Made by a program: the position numbers and the translations under genes. A DNA stretch of 32,000 bases from Edaphobacter aggregans. GTDB taxonomy: Bacteria > Acidobacteriota > Terriglobia > Terriglobales > Acidobacteriaceae. The stretch is taken from the NCBI RefSeq assembly GCF_003945235.1, contig NZ_RSDW01000001.1, positions 2,670,001 through 2,702,000 of the forward strand. The letters are read 5' to 3'. Under the pieces are notes generated by a model, which was not told where the DNA came from, searched no databases, and saw only the letters and a program-made list of their open reading frames with translations. This document shows, piece by piece, positions 15,523-24,177 of the stretch; the first letter of the stretch is position 1, and every line of letters starts with the position of its first letter.

Positions 15523-16839
15523 CTAACTCCCAAACGCAATCTGCCCCAGCAACACCACGTTCAGCGTCACAATAATCCCCACCACCACCCACCCCGCAAC
15601 CCGGGTCCGCAGCGTGCTCGTAAACGACCCCATCACCGACTTTCGGTTCGTCAGCACTAGCAGCGGAACCAGCGCAAACGGCAGCGCAAAGCTCAACACC
15701 ACCTGCGACAAAATCAAAATCTTCAGCGGATCAAGCCCCACAGCAATCACCACCAGCGCCGGAATAATCGTAATCAACCGCCGCAAAAAGATCGAAAACT
15801 TGATATCCAGAAAGCCCTCAATAATCACCTGCCCCGCCATCACCCCCACCGTGGACGACGACAACCCCGAGCAAAGCAGCGCCACCGCAAACATCGTCGC
15901 CGACGCTGGCCCCAGCAGCGGCCCAAGCGTATGGTGCGCCCCCTCGATCGTCGTCACCGGGCTCCCTAGGTTCGCAAACGCCACCGCCGCCATCACGATC
16001 ATTGCCGAATTGATCAGCCACGCCCCATTCATCGCCACAAACACATCAATCAGCTCAAACCGCAGATAATTCCGCCGCCGCGAGAACCCCTCGATCTTCG
16101 GCTGCATGATCAATTCCTTCCGCCGCGGCTGCACTAGCGCCGAATGCAGATACACCACATGCGGCATCACCGTCGCGCCCAGCATGCCGACGGCAACATA
16201 CAGGCTCCCCTGAAAATCCTTCGGATCAAGCGTCGGCACTAGCGTATGAAAAGCCGCCAGCCTCCAGTCCGGATGCACAAGAAAGATTTCAAACCCATAA
16301 CTGAGTCCGATCACCGCCACAAACATCATGATCCCGCGCTCCAGCCACCGAAACCCCGCCAGGTCCAGCGCCAGAATCACAAACACCAGCACCGCCGACA
16401 CCAGCGCCGCCGTAACCATCGTCCCCGTTCGCGACCACCCATGCGCCAGCATCACAGGCCCGATCAGCAGATAAAAACCCAGCGCCGCACCCAGAAACTC
16501 CGCCAGATCCGTAGCAATCGCAGAAACCTCCGCCGCCACCCAGAGAAAAATGGTCATCGGCCGCGAAAAATGCCTCCTGCAATTCTGCGGCAGCGTATGC
16601 CCAGTCACGATCCCCAGCTTCGCCGACAGGTACTGGATCAAAATCGCCATCGCATTCGACCACAGCAGCACCCACAGCAGCCGATACCCGAACCGGCTTC
16701 CCCCTTCAATGTTCGTCGCGAAGTTCCCCGGATCGATATAAGCCACCGAGGCCACAAACGCCGGCCCAAAGTATGCCCATATCTCATTCCTCCGGAAGGT
16801 CGGCTTAAGATTCTCTTCGCTAACTAAAACATTAGTCAT
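15523..16839 (-). CDS. mntH: Nramp-family divalent metal (Mn2+/Fe2+) transporter MntH
   Basis: Nramp signature YIDPGNFATNIEGGSRFGY and an 11-12 TM pattern over 438 aa. Confidence 0.9.
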   Translation of the reverse strand: MTNVLVSEENLKPTFRRNEIWAYFGPAFVASVAYIDPGNFATNIEGGSRFGYRLLWVLLWSNAMAILIQYLSAKLGIVTGHTLPQNCRRHFSRPMTIFLWVAAEVSAIATDLAEFLGAALGFYLLIGPVMLAHGWSRTGTMVTAALVSAVLVFVILALDLAGFRWLERGIMMFVAVIGLSYGFEIFLVHPDWRLAAFHTLVPTLDPKDFQGSLYVAVGMLGATVMPHVVYLHSALVQPRRKELIMQPKIEGFSRRRNYLRFELIDVFVAMNGAWLINSAMIVMAAVAFANLGSPVTTIEGAHHTLGPLLGPASATMFAVALLCSGLSSSTVGVMAGQVIIEGFLDIKFSIFLRRLITIIPALVVIAVGLDPLKILILSQVVLSFALPFALVPLLVLTNRKSVMGSFTSTLRTRVAGWVVVGIIVTLNVVLLGQIAFGS

Positions 16840-16861
16840 GCCTAAATTTTATCTTAATGTT
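16828..16861. promoter_or_regulatory. candidate metalloregulator operator in the mntH/mntR divergent control region
   Basis: 7-bp inverted repeat AACATTA (16828-16834) / TAATGTT (16855-16861). It brackets the mntH start codon (16839-16837) and an AT-rich stretch. Only 43 bp separate the two start codons. Confidence 0.3.
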
Positions 16862-16882
16862 AAGCTAAGTCAAGTCGCAGCC

Positions 16883-17605
16883 ATGGCAAACACTCTCGCG
16901 AAACCGCTCCCCGAAGCAAAAGTCACCGCATCCGCAACAGGCAGCGAGGCCGTAGACGACTACCTCAAAGCCATCTTCCAGCTCAGCGGACGCGAAGAGC
17001 GCCAGGTCTCCAGCACCGAAATCGCCGCCCATCTCGCCATCACCGCCGCGTCCGTCACCAACATGCTGCAGAAGCTCGCCGCCTCGCAGCCACCCATGGT
17101 CGTCTACGAGAAGCACTACGGCGTCAGGCTCTCCAAGGCCGGAAAAAAGCGCGCCCTCGAGATCATTCGCCACCACCGCCTCATCGAGACCTTCCTCCAC
17201 AGAATCCTCGACTACCCTTGGGACGAGGTTCATCAGGAAGCCGAGCGCCTCGAGCACTTCATCTCCGAGCGCTTTGAAGAGCGCATCGCCGCCAAGCTTG
17301 GCAACCCTGAGTTCGACCCCCATGGCCACGCCATCCCCGCTCTCGACGGCTCCCTGCCCGGCCCCGAGCACCAGGCCCTCTCGCAGCTCCGTCCCGGCCA
17401 GACCGCAAAGGTCGCCAGCGTCTCCGACAAAGACCCCGAGATGCTCCGCTACCTCGCCACTCAGGGCATCCGACCCGGAATCCCCCTCACCCTCACCGAG
17501 CGTCTCCCCTTCCAGGGCGCCTATCAGATCCGCATCGGCCGCTCCCCCAAACTCGCCCTCCTCAGCGAGCCCCTCGCCAACGCCATCTCCGTCGAAGTCA
17601 AATAG
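16883..17605 (+). CDS. mntR: DtxR/MntR-family metal-dependent transcriptional repressor with C-terminal FeoA/SH3-like domain
   Basis: DDYLKAIFQL (HTH region), RHHRLIETFL, HQEAERLEH metal-site region, and C-terminal LRPGQTAKVASVSD FeoA-like domain. ATG 16883 is preferred over ATG 16838, which overlaps the mntH ATG within CATG. Confidence 0.8.
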   Translation: MANTLAKPLPEAKVTASATGSEAVDDYLKAIFQLSGREERQVSSTEIAAHLAITAASVTNMLQKLAASQPPMVVYEKHYGVRLSKAGKKRALEIIRHHRLIETFLHRILDYPWDEVHQEAERLEHFISERFEERIAAKLGNPEFDPHGHAIPALDGSLPGPEHQALSQLRPGQTAKVASVSDKDPEMLRYLATQGIRPGIPLTLTERLPFQGAYQIRIGRSPKLALLSEPLANAISVEVK

Positions 17606-17629
17606 TCTCTTGGCACATCCCGCCCTACA

Positions 17630-19279
17630 TTGGCCCAGCATGAACTTTCTGCTGTAAAGTCCGTATCAGCTTCCATGCCCGCGAGCACGCACACCGCCGT
17701 CGCCCGAGATATCCCTGCCTCCGAGCGCAGAAGGTCCATCCTCGCCTCCGGAACCGCCATCGTCCTCTATATCGCCTCCATCCGGATCATCCTTTACCTC
17801 TTCGCCGGCCCCAACTACGGCTACTTCCGCGACGAGCTCTACTACCTGGCATGTGGCGAACACTCCGCCTGGGGATACGTCGATCAGCCCCCACTCATCG
17901 GATGGATCGCCTGGCTCCTGACCCACACCATCGGCACCTCGCTCTGGGCTCTTCGCCTCCTACCCGCCCTCGCCGGTACCGCAACCGTCGTCCTCGCCGG
18001 CCTGCTAGCGCGCGAACTCGGAGGCCGCCGCTGGGCCATGTTCCTCGCCTCTCTCGCCAGCCTGATGGCTCCGATCCTGCTCGCCCTCTCGCACCTCTTC
18101 ACCATGAACGCCTTCGATCCGCTCCTCTGGACCGCGATCGCCTTCCTCATCATCCGCATCGTCAAAGCAGACCCTCCAGCCAGCCGCGACCGCCTCTGGA
18201 TAGCCGTCGGCATCGTCATCGGCCTGACCATCCTCAACAAATACGCCGTCGTCTTCTGGTTAGCAGGCCTCCTCGTCGGCATGGCCCTCACGCCCCTCCG
18301 CCGATCGTTCCGCACGCGCTGGTTCTGGCTCGGCTGCGTCATCGCAGCAATCATCGCCCTCCCCAACTTTCTATGGGAGTGGCGCCACAATTTCCCCTTC
18401 CTCGAACTGATGCACAACGTCCGCGCCAGTGGCCGCGACATTCTCCTTCCACCCATCCCCTACCTCAAAGCCCAGGCCGAGATGCTCGGCTACATCGCCG
18501 CCATCCTCGTCGTCTTCGCCCTTTTCTTCTTCTTCTCGAAACAAGGCCGCCCCTACCGAGCCCTCGGCTGGGCCTATCTCTTCTTCCTCGCCCAGATGAT
18601 GCTTCTCCGCGGCAAGATGTACTACGTCGCCCCCGTCTACCCCATGATCTTCGCCGCCGGAGCCGTCTGGATCGACCGCGCCACCCGCCGTCCCCTCTGG
18701 CTCTGGAGCAATTTCTGGGTCAAGCCCCTCCTCGCCCTCGGCATCTTTGCCGTCGCAGCCGTCTACGCTCCCACCGTCCTACCCGTCCTCAGTGTCCCGC
18801 AATTCCTCGCCTACACGCACGCCCTCGGCATCGAGCAACAAAAATTCGAGCACACCGCACCCAGCCTGCTCCCCCAGCTCTACTCCGACATGTTCGGCTG
18901 GGAAGAGATGGCCCAGAAGGTCGCTGCCTACTACAACACTCTCTCCCCCGACGAGCAGCGCCGCACCGCCATCTTCGCCAACAACTACGGCTACGCCGGA
19001 GCCATCGACTTCTTCGGTCCCCGCTACGGTCTCCCCAAATCCATCGGAGGCCACCAGTCCTACTGGCTCTGGGGTCCCCGCGACTACACCGGCGAGAGCG
19101 TGATCGTCCTCGGCGAAGGCCACGAAGAGAACATGCAGACCAAGTGCGCCAGCTACACCATCGTCGGCCACACCAACTACCCGCTCTCCCGCCCCGACGA
19201 CTGGCTCCCCATCTACCACTGCCGGGGCTTCAAGTGGAACCTCCAGGAAGCGTGGCCCAAACTAAAAAGCTGGCGATAA
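17630..19279 (+). CDS. GT-C family glycosyltransferase (ArnT / PMT_2-like, GT39/GT83-type)
   Basis: 549-aa polytopic membrane protein. The first-loop motif YFRDELYYLACGEH..WGYVDQPPL contains the DE pair typical of ArnT/PMT transferases. The start is either TTG 17630 or ATG 17675. Confidence 0.65.
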   Translation: MAQHELSAVKSVSASMPASTHTAVARDIPASERRRSILASGTAIVLYIASIRIILYLFAGPNYGYFRDELYYLACGEHSAWGYVDQPPLIGWIAWLLTHTIGTSLWALRLLPALAGTATVVLAGLLARELGGRRWAMFLASLASLMAPILLALSHLFTMNAFDPLLWTAIAFLIIRIVKADPPASRDRLWIAVGIVIGLTILNKYAVVFWLAGLLVGMALTPLRRSFRTRWFWLGCVIAAIIALPNFLWEWRHNFPFLELMHNVRASGRDILLPPIPYLKAQAEMLGYIAAILVVFALFFFFSKQGRPYRALGWAYLFFLAQMMLLRGKMYYVAPVYPMIFAAGAVWIDRATRRPLWLWSNFWVKPLLALGIFAVAAVYAPTVLPVLSVPQFLAYTHALGIEQQKFEHTAPSLLPQLYSDMFGWEEMAQKVAAYYNTLSPDEQRRTAIFANNYGYAGAIDFFGPRYGLPKSIGGHQSYWLWGPRDYTGESVIVLGEGHEENMQTKCASYTIVGHTNYPLSRPDDWLPIYHCRGFKWNLQEAWPKLKSWR

Positions 19280-19316
19280 CCGACGCTCCACATGCGGTCA
19301 TCGCCAGCCGACTAAA

Positions 19317-20096
19317 TTACCTCGCAGCCACAGGCTCCCGAGAAGCCTCCATCCACCGCTGCGATCCCGGCGTCGTCAGCAGTTCCCCAGTCTCGAGCAG
19401 CGTCTTCAGCCCCGACAGAATCATCATCCATCCGCCAAAGAGCTGGTCATTCGCTCCCTCGCGCAGCTGATCATGCGTAACCCGCAGCTGGCACGAGTCG
19501 CCGACCGGTTTAATATCGAACGTCACCCGCGACGTCCCTTCGGCCTTCACATCCTCGCCCCACACCGCCCGGAAGCTCTGCACCAGCCGACGCGGCGGAT
19601 CGACCTCCAGGTTCTCGCCCTCCAGCAGCAGATGTCCCCCGCCTGTCCCCTCATACCGCGAGCCCGACGTCCAATCCGACTTCACTCGCATGCCAAAGTT
19701 ATACTTGCTCCGCATCTCCGTATCCGTCAGCGCATGCCAAAGTTGCTCTGGTGTGGTCTTAATGTAGATCTCGTATATCTTCTCCATTGTCTTGTTCTCC
19801 AATGCATGTTTGAGGCCGGCCAGCGACGCCAGCCAGGGTTCGGTGTATTTGCTCACCCACCGGTCGTGGAGGAGCCGGATCGGAACGGCATTCAGAAAGT
19901 GCAGCTTTTCGCGGCCGCGTCTCTTGGTCACGACCAGCCCCGCCTCTCCGAGCACCTTCAGGTGTTTCATCACCCCGAAGCGCGTCATCGGCAGCCGCTC
20001 CTCCAGCGCGCTCAACGTCTGCCCATCGTTCTTGAACAGCTCATCGAGCAAACTCCGTCGCGTCGGATCAGCCAGCGCTCTGAACACCTCATCCAT
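19317..20096 (-). CDS. ArsR/SmtB-family HTH regulator fused to SRPBCC (AHSA1-like) domain
   Basis: ALADPTRRSLLDEL...TRFGVMKHLKVLGEAGLV (ArsR wHTH) is followed by IYIKTTPEQLWHALTD...EVDPPRRLV...LRVTHD (SRPBCC-like). I prefer ATG 20096 because the upstream codons of the track ORF (GTG 20126) are occupied by a promoter-like TTGACA-18-TATTGT and a palindrome. Confidence 0.8.
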   Translation of the reverse strand: MDEVFRALADPTRRSLLDELFKNDGQTLSALEERLPMTRFGVMKHLKVLGEAGLVVTKRRGREKLHFLNAVPIRLLHDRWVSKYTEPWLASLAGLKHALENKTMEKIYEIYIKTTPEQLWHALTDTEMRSKYNFGMRVKSDWTSGSRYEGTGGGHLLLEGENLEVDPPRRLVQSFRAVWGEDVKAEGTSRVTFDIKPVGDSCQLRVTHDQLREGANDQLFGGWMMILSGLKTLLETGELLTTPGSQRWMEASREPVAAR

Positions 20097-20110
20097 GCCC
20101 AAAACAATAC

Positions 20111-20126
20111 GTGACCAATTAGTCAC
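20111..20126. promoter_or_regulatory. 16-bp palindromic operator candidate inside the arsR-SRPBCC promoter spacer
   Basis: GTGACCAATTAGTCAC is palindromic at 7 of 8 pairs. On the minus strand it lies exactly between TTGACA (20133-20128) and TATTGT (20109-20104). The ATG follows 7 nt after the -10. Confidence 0.5.
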
Positions 20127-20184
20127 ATGTCAATCCTGACAAATTGAATTAATTCGTAAAAAGCCTCAAATTACACTGGCTGTT

Positions 20185-20664
20185 ATGGATACACCCCATA
20201 AAGCTGACCCTGCTATCTACCCCAAGCTGCGCGAACGTGTCCTGCGATCGGGGTTTCCCAGTGTCGCGAACTATCCCATCCAAACAGTTCTGATGGATTC
20301 GAACCTGACCAATGGAACATCGTCTGTACTTGCCGGAGTGGATGGATCTGCCAGCATCTATCTCAGCAGCGGGGGCGGCTTCATCGGCGGAGGCCAGAAG
20401 TATCCAGCGATTCGTGAAGCAGCCCTCCACGCCATTCAACTCGCAACCAGCTTGGAATCTCACTTCCAGAAGACTGAGACAATCGATCTGCCAGCGCGAG
20501 GAGACATCTTCTTCTATCTGACAACCAGCACCGGCGTACGCCGAGCCATCGCGACCGAAGCGAAGCTGAGCACTGGAGAAGATCCGCTCACCGCTCTCGG
20601 CGGTGCAATGCAGAAGATCGTCACACTGTATCGATTGGCAAGGGTGAGAACCACCCCCAACTAG
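20185..20664 (+). CDS. hypothetical protein (159 aa), no recognisable domain
   Basis: ATG ORF in an AT-shifted segment. The sequence looks like a globular alpha/beta protein with a Gly-rich loop SSGGGFIGGGQKYP. The antisense 104-aa ORF looks non-protein-like. Confidence 0.6.
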   Translation: MDTPHKADPAIYPKLRERVLRSGFPSVANYPIQTVLMDSNLTNGTSSVLAGVDGSASIYLSSGGGFIGGGQKYPAIREAALHAIQLATSLESHFQKTETIDLPARGDIFFYLTTSTGVRRAIATEAKLSTGEDPLTALGGAMQKIVTLYRLARVRTTPN

Positions 20665-20735
20665 TAGCGATCACCCGGCACACAACCACCGCTCCGGCCA
20701 TCCGCTTCCCATCTCGCAAGCCGGCCACAGCTATT

Positions 20736-21524
20736 TCATTTCACGTCCGAGGCGTGAGCTTTCCGGGAGCCAAGCTCGCTGACCATACCCGACCGAAACG
20801 CGCTGAGCAAAAGCTGCAACAGAATCCAGGCAGACTCTGCCCGCTCCTCCTCTGCGGTTTGAGGACTTTCGGATTTCCATCTGTTCACGCAGTTCCCCAA
20901 CTCCTCGACGGAATAGCTGCTCTCGTCTCCACGCGACTCAATGCCCAGTAACTCCTTACGACGCTCACGCAGGAGATCTACAGTGCGCGATGGACTGCCG
21001 AACAAAAACTCATCCGCCGGGCGTCTCACTGAGATTGACCGCAGTCTCAAGAAACCCAGAAATTCCTGCAACAGGAAGTATCGCCTCTTGGATTCCGGTG
21101 TAAGTACCCAACCGCGTTCAAAGTACCAATTGGTTAGCTGAACCGAAAGCCCCGAGATATCCAACTGAGTGATCGGGCCGAACAGGTTAAGGGAACCAGT
21201 GAGTTTCCAGATGTCGCCATAGGCCTTACCTCTGTTTTTGACAAGGTCAGCTTCCAGTCTTTCAAACCTGTCGAAGGCGGCCTTGAGTCGCGCACCGTAG
21301 ATGCCCCCAGCGAGCGCCATCGCTCCGACAAGTACTTTGATAAGGTCAGACCAACCCAACTCCTTGCTGTTTGCTGCTGCCTCCGTCGCTATATTCACCA
21401 TCTGCACACCTCGATCGCTAATATCCACGCTGGGCCGATGGAAGTCCGATAACCCTTCTAGCCCGAAGTCGCAATGTGCGACAGTGCCGTTACCGCTCCT
21501 GTTGTCGCTGTTGTTGTCCGTCAT
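20736..21524 (-). CDS. hypothetical single-pass membrane protein (262 aa)
   Basis: Long ORF in roughly 50% GC DNA with one hydrophobic helix, LIKVLVGAMALAGGIYGA. An alternative start at ATG 21401 (M42) has GAGGTG 5 nt upstream. No motif recognised. Confidence 0.6.
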   Translation of the reverse strand: MTDNNSDNRSGNGTVAHCDFGLEGLSDFHRPSVDISDRGVQMVNIATEAAANSKELGWSDLIKVLVGAMALAGGIYGARLKAAFDRFERLEADLVKNRGKAYGDIWKLTGSLNLFGPITQLDISGLSVQLTNWYFERGWVLTPESKRRYFLLQEFLGFLRLRSISVRRPADEFLFGSPSRTVDLLRERRKELLGIESRGDESSYSVEELGNCVNRWKSESPQTAEEERAESAWILLQLLLSAFRSGMVSELGSRKAHASDVK

Positions 21525-21630
21525 TCTAAGCCGAAGGTCAGGAACCCTGGTATTTCACGAAGAGAGCGAAGCTACCCGTGAACAACCTGCCTTGCTCCTG
21601 CGTATGAGTTGAGCAGGGAGGAGACAACCA

Positions 21631-24066
21631 TTGCTTGAAAACTTGCGATACGCGGTAAGGCAGCTTCTCCGGGCGCCTACCTTCACGATTGTCACCATCC
21701 TGACTCTTGCCTTGGGTGTCGGCGCAAACACAGCGATCTTCAGCGTGATTCAAGCGGTACTTCTGCATCCGTCCGGTGTTCAGGACCCGGAGCGAGTCGC
21801 CTCCTTTCACGCAAAATACACCCAACTGAACCTGCCAAGCATCGGCGTCTCTGCGCCTGATTTTGCCGACGCGCAGTCGATGCATAGCCTCGTGGATACT
21901 GCCGCGATGGTGCAGCAAGCGAGCTTCAACGCCACCTTCGATGGTCGAACCCAACACCTCAATGCAGGCCGAGTAACGTCGCAGTGGTTCCAGGTATTCG
22001 GTGCGGACCCGATTCTCGGACGCACATTTCTACCCGAGGAAGACCAGAACGGCGCAGAACGCGTGATCGTCTTGAGCTATGCTGCGTGGCAGCGAATGTT
22101 CGGCGGGCAGCTCGACGTGATTGATAAGAAGCTGCTGCTGGATAACCAGTCCTATCGCGTGATCGGCGTGATGCGCAGCGACTTCGCATGGCCGAAGGGT
22201 GTCGAGCTGTGGACGCCACTAGGGCTGGCTCCCACAGCGTTCGCCGCGAACAATCGCTTCAACGAGTCCTATAACAGCGTCGTCCGACTCAAGCCGGGCG
22301 TCACAGTAGCGCAATTCAACGCAGGCATCGAACAGAAAAGACTCGAAGAGATTCGCCGCGAGGGAACAGGAAACTTTAACTTTGGTCAGAGCTCGGGCTG
22401 GGGAATGTTTGCTCAACCCTGGACCGAGGATGCCGCAGGCGATCTTCGCAAACCGCTTTTCGCGCTCTTCGCAGTCGTGGCGATGATTCTGCTGATCGCC
22501 TGCACAAATATCTCGGGGCTGATGTTGGCGCGGGCCTCGACTCGCATGAAAGAAATGGCGATAAGGAGCGCCTTGGGAGCGTCACTACGTCAACTCGCGA
22601 TGCAGTTCGTTCTGGAAACTGCGTTGCTTGCGGGCACGGCGACGGTAATTGGCGTCGTCGCTGGACCTTTACTCGGCAAGCTGCTTCTGCTCGCAATTCC
22701 TCACGACTTGGCAACCGGTTTCGCTGTCCACACAGATCTTAGAGTGGTCACTGCGGCCGCTGGTTTCGGTCTGCTCGCCGCATTTCTCGCGGGGCTGGCA
22801 CCCGTAGTCCAGCTAGCGCGCAGACACAAGTCTCTACGACTAACCGAATACAGCAAAAGCGCGACTGCCGGCGCTGGACGACAACGCTTCCGCAACCTGC
22901 TCGTATGCATCGAAATCGCATTAGCCTTTTTGCTCGTTGCCGGCAGCGGCCTGTTTCTGGCAAGCCTGCGGCAGTTGCAGACAGTCGATCCTGGCTTCAA
23001 AAGCGATTCCGTCCTGACAGGCAAGGTAACGCTGGATGCGACCAACTACCGCAATCAGGACCTCAAACAGGCGAACTTCATCCACGATGTAACCTCCCGT
23101 TTGAGCGAACAACCAGGCGTCGTATCCGCGGCTGCAGTCTATCCCCTGCCATTCGCCAGCATGCAATATCCATCGGCAAGCTTTGGGATTGAGGAGCGTC
23201 CACCAGTGTCACCCGATGATCCCGGGCCACACGGCGACCGACGCTGGGCCACAGCCGGCTATCTCGCGGCAATGCAAATTCCGCTGTTACAGGGACGCTG
23301 GTTCAGCGAAGAAGACAGGATTGGAACTCCGCCGGTCGCGGTGATTGATGACGTACTCGCCAAGGCATACTGGCCGGGCAGGAATGCCGTCGGACAGCAT
23401 GTGCGGTTCGGCAGGGACACACCGTGGGTAGAGATCGTAGGCGTAATCGCACATGTGCGTCGTGATTCGCTGGAGGTCGAAGAGAACAAGGGAGTGCTCT
23501 ATCGGCCGATGGTGCAGCAACCCGTGAGCGAAGCGGTTTTTGTAGCCCGGACGAAGATAAATCCCGATGCAATGCGTACCCCGCTGGTGGATGCCGTACA
23601 CGCCGTCGACTCCTCCGAGGCTGTCTACGACGTCGAAGCACTCGATCGATTTGTAAACGATTCGCTCGCTGCAAGACACCTGCTCGTATGGTTGCTGACG
23701 CTCTTCGGCGGACTCGCTCTATTGTTGGCCGCAATTGGTATCTACGGCTTATTGAGCTTCACAGCGTCGCAGCGCACAGCCGAAATAGGGATTCGCATGG
23801 CACTCGGCGCGCAACGCTGGCAAGTCGTTTCGTTGATGCTCCGAGAATCTGTCATGTTGATCGGAGCTGGCATACTGGCAGGCCTCGTGCTCACCTTCGT
23901 TGCACAGCGCGTGCTGATCCATTCGTTCGCAGCAATGAACACAGGCCTGTCACTTTCACTCGTATTCGCCGCGTTCAGCTTGTTGTTAGCAGCAGCGATT
24001 GCGTCGATCGTGCCGGCACGGCGCTCGGCGAGCGTCGATCCCGTGATCGCCCTGCGCAATGAGTAA
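21631..24066 (+). CDS. ADOP-family duplicated FtsX/MacB-like ABC transporter permease (orphan, no adjacent ATPase)
   Basis: The N-terminus LRYAVRQLLRAPTFTIVTILTLALGVGANTAIFSV is typical of the acidobacterial duplicated orphan permease family. The 811-aa protein has two 4-TM FtsX-type modules, each after a large extracytoplasmic domain. TTG start with GGGAGGAG 7 nt upstream. Confidence 0.85.
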   Translation: MLENLRYAVRQLLRAPTFTIVTILTLALGVGANTAIFSVIQAVLLHPSGVQDPERVASFHAKYTQLNLPSIGVSAPDFADAQSMHSLVDTAAMVQQASFNATFDGRTQHLNAGRVTSQWFQVFGADPILGRTFLPEEDQNGAERVIVLSYAAWQRMFGGQLDVIDKKLLLDNQSYRVIGVMRSDFAWPKGVELWTPLGLAPTAFAANNRFNESYNSVVRLKPGVTVAQFNAGIEQKRLEEIRREGTGNFNFGQSSGWGMFAQPWTEDAAGDLRKPLFALFAVVAMILLIACTNISGLMLARASTRMKEMAIRSALGASLRQLAMQFVLETALLAGTATVIGVVAGPLLGKLLLLAIPHDLATGFAVHTDLRVVTAAAGFGLLAAFLAGLAPVVQLARRHKSLRLTEYSKSATAGAGRQRFRNLLVCIEIALAFLLVAGSGLFLASLRQLQTVDPGFKSDSVLTGKVTLDATNYRNQDLKQANFIHDVTSRLSEQPGVVSAAAVYPLPFASMQYPSASFGIEERPPVSPDDPGPHGDRRWATAGYLAAMQIPLLQGRWFSEEDRIGTPPVAVIDDVLAKAYWPGRNAVGQHVRFGRDTPWVEIVGVIAHVRRDSLEVEENKGVLYRPMVQQPVSEAVFVARTKINPDAMRTPLVDAVHAVDSSEAVYDVEALDRFVNDSLAARHLLVWLLTLFGGLALLLAAIGIYGLLSFTASQRTAEIGIRMALGAQRWQVVSLMLRESVMLIGAGILAGLVLTFVAQRVLIHSFAAMNTGLSLSLVFAAFSLLLAAAIASIVPARRSASVDPVIALRNE

Positions 24067-24177
24067 TGCAGCCCTTCGCGTGGAGACAGAAAATGGTAAT
24101 CTTGCCAGCAATCCACACGCTCGTTCTGAGTAACCTTCGCCGCGAAGGAATAGCCACCATTCATCAAGAAGAAACTC

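Noticed and set aside
20149-20463. 104-aa minus-strand ORF antisense to the 159-aa hypothetical gene.
   Set aside because: Its Cys/Arg-rich translation has no hydrophobic patterning. The plus-strand ORF is longer and protein-like.
24134-24148. Hairpin CCTTCG-ccg-CGAAGG between the ADOP permease and the MDR oxidoreductase, considered as a terminator.
   Set aside because: It has only a 6-bp stem with a 3-nt loop and no U-tract. This is too weak to call.
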